NCBI GenBank assembly: GCA_046075565.1
Contig: JBJTQJ010000066.1
Location: 1-42,689, forward strand
Direction: 5' to 3'
Length of the DNA: 42,689 bases
Origin: Verrucomicrobiales bacterium
GTDB taxonomy: Bacteria; Verrucomicrobiota; Verrucomicrobiia; Verrucomicrobiales; SLCJ01
In this document: positions 37,496-42,689 of the stretch, one piece after another
How the letters are laid out: every line of letters begins with the position of its first letter
How positions within the stretch are numbered: position 1 is the first letter of the stretch
Notes under the pieces: generated by a model
The model's input: the letters and a program-made list of their open reading frames with translations, nothing else
The model's database searches: none
Told to the model about the DNA's origin: nothing
Made by a program: the position numbers and the translations under genes

Positions 37496-38170
37496 ATGGC
37501 CTCGATTCTCCTGATTGATGACGAGAAGGACTTGCTCGATTTGCTTTCGTACAATTTGGCGAAGGACGGATACGAAGTCCGCACCGCAGCGAATGGCCTG
37601 CACGGTCTGAAGGCCGTTGAATCCCAATGCCCGGACGCCATCGTGCTGGACATGATGATGCCCCACATGGACGGCCTCCAGTTCCTCCGGGTGCTCCGGA
37701 GCCGCTCCGAGCTAAACCGCGTGCCCGTGCTCATGCTCACGGCCCGGGGCGCGGTCGAGGATCGTATCCAAGGTCTCGAATGCGGCGCGGACGATTATTT
37801 GTCGAAGCCGTTTTCAGCCAAGGAACTGCTCCTGCGCCTGCGCGCTCTTCTCCGCCGCAATGCCCTTGCCGAACCCACCATCGAGTCGGGACCATTCCGC
37901 CTTGAAAGGGAAACACTGCGCCTCATCATGGACGGTCAGCGAGTCGATCTCACCGCCACCGAATTCAAACTCATGCTGCTTTTTCTCCAGAAGCCGAATC
38001 AAGTCCACACGCGCGACACTTTGTTGCGTGACGTTTGGGGATACAAAGACTCCACCCTCACCCGCACGCTCGACACCCACATCAAACGCCTGCGGGAAAA
38101 ACTCGGACCTCACGCGGACCAGATCCAGACTGTCCGCGGCATCGGATACGCCCTGAATCCCCAGGCCTGA
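37496..38170 (+). CDS. OmpR/PhoB-family response regulator (PhoB-like)
   Basis: LIDDE, LDMMMP, GADDYLSKPF, LTATEF and RTLDTHIKRLREKL motifs. Confidence 0.92.
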   Translation: MASILLIDDEKDLLDLLSYNLAKDGYEVRTAANGLHGLKAVESQCPDAIVLDMMMPHMDGLQFLRVLRSRSELNRVPVLMLTARGAVEDRIQGLECGADDYLSKPFSAKELLLRLRALLRRNALAEPTIESGPFRLERETLRLIMDGQRVDLTATEFKLMLLFLQKPNQVHTRDTLLRDVWGYKDSTLTRTLDTHIKRLREKLGPHADQIQTVRGIGYALNPQA

Positions 38171-38184
38171 AAGCTCATTTGCAG

Positions 38185-39426
38185 ATGGACATTTCCGAAG
38201 GAATCCTTATCGCTGCCGCCGGTATGGCTGCCGGGGTTCTGGCGGCCCGATGGTGGTTCGCCGGGCAGAAAGAATCCCCAGCGAAAGAGTCGAACACGCC
38301 ACCCGCGCCGCCTCCCGCAGCGGAAACTGGCGCGCATCCTCCGGTGCTCGTGCAGCGGGTCTTTGATGCCCTCAATGAGGCCGTGCTCGTCGTCAAACCC
38401 GACAAGACCATCCTGCTCGCGAATGTGGCCTGCCGGAAGTTCTTCCCATCCGCGCCGGAGCTGGTCGGCCGCCGATTGCCTGGCATCGCCATCGATTCGC
38501 GCCTCGATGCTCTCGTGACAAATTGCCTGGCCGACGGCTCTCCTGCCGATGTGCAACTGCAAGGCGGTCCCACCGGCGACTCCCTCTGGAGGGTTGATGT
38601 CGCGCCTTTGACCCTATCCGGCAACGACAACCGCCTGGTGCGCCTTCTTCTGCGCGACGAAACGGAACAGGCGCGCACCGAACAAATCCGCCGCGAATTC
38701 GTCGCCAATGCTTCCCACGAATTGCGCACCCCGCTGGCCATCGTGCATGGATACCTCGAAAGCCTGCTCGACGGCGCCATTGAAGACCCCGATTTGGCCC
38801 GGCGCTTTCTCAAGACCTCGCGCCGCCACACCGAACGCATGGGCCGCCTTATCGAGGATATGCTCGCGGTTTCCAAACTCGAATCAGGAGATGCCGCTCT
38901 CCTGCGTATCAAACCGTTCTCGCTAAGAAAGTGTCTCTTGCGGGTGACCCAGCATCTGGCCAGCCTGACCGAGCAGAGGCAGGCCACCATCGACATGGAC
39001 ATCGATCCCGCCGTGGCGCGTTGGTCGGGCGACCGTTTCTACTGGGAGCAAGTGCTCTTCAACCTGGTGGAAAACGCGCTCAAGAACAATCCGCAACCCG
39101 GATTGAAGGTGCGCATCGTCGCCCGCCCCGAAAGTGATGGAGGTGCGAGCCTCCAGGTCGAAGACAACGGTATCGGCATCCCGAAAGCCGACCTTCCCTT
39201 CATCTTCAAACGCTTCTACCGGGTGCAGAAAGACCACTCGACCGATGTCCCCGGCACCGGGCTCGGCCTATCCATCGTGAAGCGTGCGGTAGAAGCCCAC
39301 GGGGCCAGCATTTCCGTGGAAAGCCAGCCCGGCCAGCGCACCTGTTTCACCATCCGGATTCCGGCCATCGGTATCGCCAGCGGCGAATGCGGCGAGGAAT
39401 CAGAGGATACCAAAGCCAATCCTTGA
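38185..39426 (+). CDS. PAS-containing sensor histidine kinase (PhoR-like)
   Basis: FVANASHELRTPL, NLVENALK, DNGIGI, IFKRFYRV and GTGLGLSIVK motifs; one N-terminal TM helix. Confidence 0.92.
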   Translation: MDISEGILIAAAGMAAGVLAARWWFAGQKESPAKESNTPPAPPPAAETGAHPPVLVQRVFDALNEAVLVVKPDKTILLANVACRKFFPSAPELVGRRLPGIAIDSRLDALVTNCLADGSPADVQLQGGPTGDSLWRVDVAPLTLSGNDNRLVRLLLRDETEQARTEQIRREFVANASHELRTPLAIVHGYLESLLDGAIEDPDLARRFLKTSRRHTERMGRLIEDMLAVSKLESGDAALLRIKPFSLRKCLLRVTQHLASLTEQRQATIDMDIDPAVARWSGDRFYWEQVLFNLVENALKNNPQPGLKVRIVARPESDGGASLQVEDNGIGIPKADLPFIFKRFYRVQKDHSTDVPGTGLGLSIVKRAVEAHGASISVESQPGQRTCFTIRIPAIGIASGECGEESEDTKANP

Positions 39427-39456
39427 TGGCGCTACGCTTGAGGCCGGGTCCGGCGA

Positions 39457-40410
39457 TCAATGCGTGTTCTTGCGCGCCTCGTCGAGCACTTTGGTCAGGC
39501 CGGCGACGGCTCCACCGATGTCGGCGAGATTGGCGGGAAGAATGAGCGTGTTGTTGGTGCGGGCGAGGTTGCCGAACTCGCGCACGTATTGTTCGGCTAC
39601 GCGCAGGGAGACGGCTTCTTTGCCGCCGGGAGAGTTAATGCATTCGGCGATGCGGCGGATCCCTTCGGCGGTCGCGATGGCGATCAATTCGATCTCGCGG
39701 GCTTTACCTTCGGCCTCGTTGATCTGCTTCTGCTTCTCGGCCTCGGATTGTTTGATCACCTGTTGTTTGTGACCTTCGGCGACGTTGATCTGGGCTTCCC
39801 TTTCCCCTTCGGAGAGGGCGATCTGGGCGCGGCGCTCGCGTTCGGCGCGCATTTGTTTCTCGAGGGCATCCTGCACCGACTGCGGCGGCTTGATGTTCGC
39901 CACTTCGTAACGGGTGATCTTCAATCCCCAGGGTTCGCTGGCTTTGTCGAGTGAGAAAATGATATTCGAGTTGATGCTGTCGCGTTCCTCGAAGGTCTTG
40001 TCGAGTTCGAGTTTCCCGATTTCCGAACGCATGGTCGTCTGCGCGAGCTGGCTGGCCGCATAGACGTAGTTCTGGATGCCGTAGCTGGCGCGCACAGGAT
40101 CAAGCACCTGCATGTAGAGGATGCCGTCGATCTCGATCGAGATGTTGTCCTTGGTGATACACATTTGCGAGGGCACGTCGATGGCGACTTCCTTCAGAGA
40201 ATGTTTGTAGGCAATGCGATCGATGAACGGCACGAGCACGTGGAATCCGGCATCGAGGGTGCGACTGTATTTGCCGAGGCGCTCGACCACGTATGCGTAT
40301 CGCTGGGGCACGATGGTGGCCGTCTTGATGATGGCAATCACCACGAAGGCGACAAAACCGAGGGCGACAATGAATCCAGGGTCGAGCAAGGCGAGTATGG
40401 AGGTGAACAT
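39457..40410 (-). CDS. SPFH/stomatin-like (QmcA-type) protein
   Basis: VVERLGKY, ITKDN, AQTTMRSEIG and KQMRAERERRA motifs. Confidence 0.93.
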   Translation of the reverse strand: MFTSILALLDPGFIVALGFVAFVVIAIIKTATIVPQRYAYVVERLGKYSRTLDAGFHVLVPFIDRIAYKHSLKEVAIDVPSQMCITKDNISIEIDGILYMQVLDPVRASYGIQNYVYAASQLAQTTMRSEIGKLELDKTFEERDSINSNIIFSLDKASEPWGLKITRYEVANIKPPQSVQDALEKQMRAERERRAQIALSEGEREAQINVAEGHKQQVIKQSEAEKQKQINEAEGKAREIELIAIATAEGIRRIAECINSPGGKEAVSLRVAEQYVREFGNLARTNNTLILPANLADIGGAVAGLTKVLDEARKNTH

Positions 40411-40434
40411 GGTATTGGTGTGGTTAGGTGTAAA

Positions 40435-40872
40435 TCAACGGGGTTGCACGACGAGCACGAGACCGTCGCGTTCCTTGACGGTGGCGAGACTGCCGCGTTC
40501 GAGGGGTGCGTCGGAGCGGGCGCTCCATTCCGCGCCCTTCAACTCGACTTTTCCGGTGGCAGGCCCACCAGGGATATCCGTAAGGACAGTTACATGTTTG
40601 CCGAGGATGTCTTCGATGCCTTCCGGTGCGTCAATTTGTGAATCGCCGACAAACCATTTTTTCACGAAACGGCGGCAACCGAAAAGCAGGGCGAGGGAAG
40701 CCACGATGAACACCGCGAGTTGGGCGGGAAGGGTTTCCAAGACATTGGTCCAGACGAGCAATGTCACCACCCACGCGGCGATGCCGAAAAAAACGAGCAC
40801 AACCCCCGGCACGACGAATTCAAGGAGCACGAGGCCGAGTCCGACGAAAAACCAGATGAGAACAGGTGACAT
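40435..40872 (-). CDS. NfeD-family membrane protein
   Basis: LEFVVPG TM region and C-terminal OB fold GKVELKGAEWSARS; upstream of the SPFH gene. Confidence 0.9.
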   Translation of the reverse strand: MSPVLIWFFVGLGLVLLEFVVPGVVLVFFGIAAWVVTLLVWTNVLETLPAQLAVFIVASLALLFGCRRFVKKWFVGDSQIDAPEGIEDILGKHVTVLTDIPGGPATGKVELKGAEWSARSDAPLERGSLATVKERDGLVLVVQPR

Positions 40873-40957
40873 TCTGTTGGCAGCGGCAAGTTGAGGCCGC
40901 ATGGGTGTTATTTACCACGCCCGCCCCCGGGATCAAGGGGAATCGGAAACGGATCGG

Positions 40958-41401
40958 TCAATGGATTTCCGCGATCTTTCCAACAGCCGCCTCGTAGGCG
41001 AGATGGATCTGGAACATCTGACGGGCGGCGAGTTTCTGCCCGAATTGGGCGGCCATATAGAGACCGAGCAGACCCAGAAGCATGGCCCCGTGAATCCGCA
41101 ATCCCCACGCGTATTGGCCAATCCACCACTGACAGAAGCCGAAAAGCCCGCTGAAAGTTGCAAGCAAACCGACAACCAAATACGAGTATATAAAGATCCC
41201 CCACACATCGGCATTCGGACCGTAGGTGCCATGGACGACCGTGCGGCCGTCTCCCATCTCGTCGATGCTCAGGTTGAGTCTGGGTGACCAGAAATGGCGA
41301 TCCTCGGGATGGATGCGGAAGCAAAGGAATCCGGCGTGTTCTTTGATCTCGAACCGGCCTTCGCCCTCTTCGACACCCCGGCGGATGCGGAAACTGCTCA
41401 T
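40958..41401 (-). CDS. Hypothetical membrane protein
   Basis: 147 aa with HFWSPRL and YGPNADVW motifs and two hydrophobic helices; ATGA overlap with the upstream gene. Confidence 0.7.
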   Translation of the reverse strand: MSSFRIRRGVEEGEGRFEIKEHAGFLCFRIHPEDRHFWSPRLNLSIDEMGDGRTVVHGTYGPNADVWGIFIYSYLVVGLLATFSGLFGFCQWWIGQYAWGLRIHGAMLLGLLGLYMAAQFGQKLAARQMFQIHLAYEAAVGKIAEIH

Positions 41402-41850
41402 GGTTGCGGCGCGGGTGCGAGGCTTTTTTCGATGCGGCTAATTTCCTCCTGATCCCCGGTGGAAAGTTGATCGACGGCGACGGCGGTCGGGCGTTTGGCG
41501 ACGAGAAGCCGGACCTTGCCATCCTTGATCACCGTCGGACGTTCGACTGGCTTCGCGGCCACCGCTTCTTGACCGGGAGCCAGTTCGACCACGATGTCTT
41601 CATGCGCGATCAGTTTGCCCGTCACTTCTTTCCCTTCTTTGTTTTTCCACACGCGTTCGGGTGAAAGGGTGATGTAAGTAGTCGCGCGACGCACCGGCGC
41701 GGGTGGTTGCTTGATTTCCGCGCCGGAAGACCCTCCGGGAATTGCATCCTGATCCAAGGAACGGGATCCGCCGCCGGAAATGGATTGACCGCCAACCGGC
41801 CACGCGAAAGCGGCCAGAACCAGGCAAAGAGGGAGAAACCTGAATGTCAT
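41398..41850 (-). CDS. Exported protein with SHD1-like domain
   Basis: Signal peptide MTFRFLPLCLVLAAFA; RVWKNKEGKEVTGKL...DGKVRL...VDQLSTGDQEEI pattern. Confidence 0.65.
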   Translation of the reverse strand: MTFRFLPLCLVLAAFAWPVGGQSISGGGSRSLDQDAIPGGSSGAEIKQPPAPVRRATTYITLSPERVWKNKEGKEVTGKLIAHEDIVVELAPGQEAVAAKPVERPTVIKDGKVRLLVAKRPTAVAVDQLSTGDQEEISRIEKSLAPAPQP

Positions 41851-41961
41851 GAGATCGCAAGCATGACGAAATTCCACGACCGTCGTCAAGCAGGATCCGG
41901 CGACCGTGAAACTTTTGTTAGCGGCGCCCCGTAGCCTCGGGGAATCCAGACTCTGCTAACC

Positions 41962-42642
41962 ATGGTCCCTCCATTATCACGCCGCCGGTTTCTCGGGACC
42001 ACCGCCCTTGCCAGCGCTTCCGGCCTGTTCGCCGCCGCCATCATCGCGGAGGAGGTGCCGGAGCAACCGAAGCAAGCGGCGGCGGCGCGAAAAGTCCTCT
42101 TCAACGGCCGCGACTTCGATGGCTGGGAAGGCCCGGCCGAATGGTTCAAAGTAGCCGACGGCGTCATCATTGCCGGATCCCCCACCCGCCCCATCCCGCA
42201 AAACGAATTCCTCGCTACCAAAGAGGAGTTCGGCGACTTCGAACTGCGGGTTTCCGTGCTGATTGTCGGTGGCACGGGCAATGGTGGAATCCAGTTCCGC
42301 AGCCAGCGCGCGCCCGAGGGCTCCGAGATGATCGGTTACCAAGCCGACGCTGCTCCCGAACACTGGGGAGGGCTCTACGACGAGAGCCGCCGGAGGAAAT
42401 TCCTCGTGCCGAAACTCGACCCCACCGCCCTAACCAAACACCTGCAACCCGACGGGTGGAACAAGTATGTCATCCGCTGCGAAGGCAAACGGATCCGCCT
42501 CTGGCTGAACGGACATCTCACCGCCGATTTCACGGAAGAAGACCCCTCCATCCCGGCCAAAGGAAAAATTGCCGTGCAAATCCACAGTGGACCGCCAACG
42601 GAGATCCGCTACAAAGAGATCGACATCCTGCCGTTGGATTAA
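41962..42642 (+). CDS. DUF1080 (3-keto-disaccharide hydrolase-like) protein with Tat signal
   Basis: SRRRFLG twin-arginine motif; LFNGRDFDGW, NGGIQFRS, GYQAD, WN and IAVQIH motifs. Confidence 0.9.
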   Translation: MVPPLSRRRFLGTTALASASGLFAAAIIAEEVPEQPKQAAAARKVLFNGRDFDGWEGPAEWFKVADGVIIAGSPTRPIPQNEFLATKEEFGDFELRVSVLIVGGTGNGGIQFRSQRAPEGSEMIGYQADAAPEHWGGLYDESRRRKFLVPKLDPTALTKHLQPDGWNKYVIRCEGKRIRLWLNGHLTADFTEEDPSIPAKGKIAVQIHSGPPTEIRYKEIDILPLD

Positions 42643-42661
42643 AGGCCTCACGCCGTGGCAA

Positions 42662-42689
42662 CTCCCGGGAGCGCCGAGCCCCAGCTCGG
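42662..42689 (+). repeat. Third copy of the GCCGAGCCCCAGCTCGGC REP-like unit (truncated by the window end)
   Basis: ctcccgggagcgccgagccccagctcgg; one mismatch to 35481-35508. Confidence 0.85.

Noticed and set aside
13582..37514. Long antisense ORFs (e.g. 13582-15297, 22224-23654, 26084-27691, 35691-37514, 8855-9991)
   Set aside because: They mirror well-identified genes on the opposite strand and have no recognisable motifs. Such shadow ORFs are expected from high-GC codon bias.
41917..41960. gccccgtagcctcggggaa as another copy of the 28-nt micro-element
   Set aside because: The similarity is partial and lies in a divergent promoter region; too weak to call.
1..42689. tRNA or rRNA genes
   Set aside because: No cloverleaf with T-loop/D-loop consensus or rRNA-like segment was recognised in the intergenic gaps.

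Overview
GC-rich bacterial chromosome segment, most consistent with Verrucomicrobiota (inferred from the ribosomal operon gene order, an SHD1-like protein, DUF1080 and GH2 genes, and the scarcity of Shine-Dalgarno sites). The centre (12.3-28.8 kb, minus strand) is the str-S10-spc cluster from rpsL-rpsG-fusA-rpsJ to secY-adk-map. It lacks tuf, rpsN and rpmD, and carries a non-ribosomal, probably exported coiled-coil gene between rpsS and rplV. Its ~150-nt rpsL leader can form hairpins and a pseudoknot. The left flank holds the end of a probable IS1380 element abutting a cnrYXH-like ECF module, cdaA with a 51-aa mini-CdaR, and a convergent pair of SbmA/BacA/YddA-type transporters (one with a degenerate NBD, one with none). 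It also holds a scrambled, decaying ion-transport region (K+ channel/CAX chimera, YidE tail, truncated beta-helix gene), an FHA protein, carA and an aldo/keto reductase. The right flank holds GH2, an SGNH esterase, yggS, a LysR regulator, a UPF0175/DUF3368 toxin-antitoxin cassette bracketed by a duplication of the LysR 3' end, gatCA, a PhoBR-like pair, SPFH/NfeD and DUF1080. Several distinct REP/REPIN-like palindromic doublets sit in intergenic spaces, and two of them appear to contain a nested ~28-nt element. All assignments come from motif recognition by eye; no searches were run.
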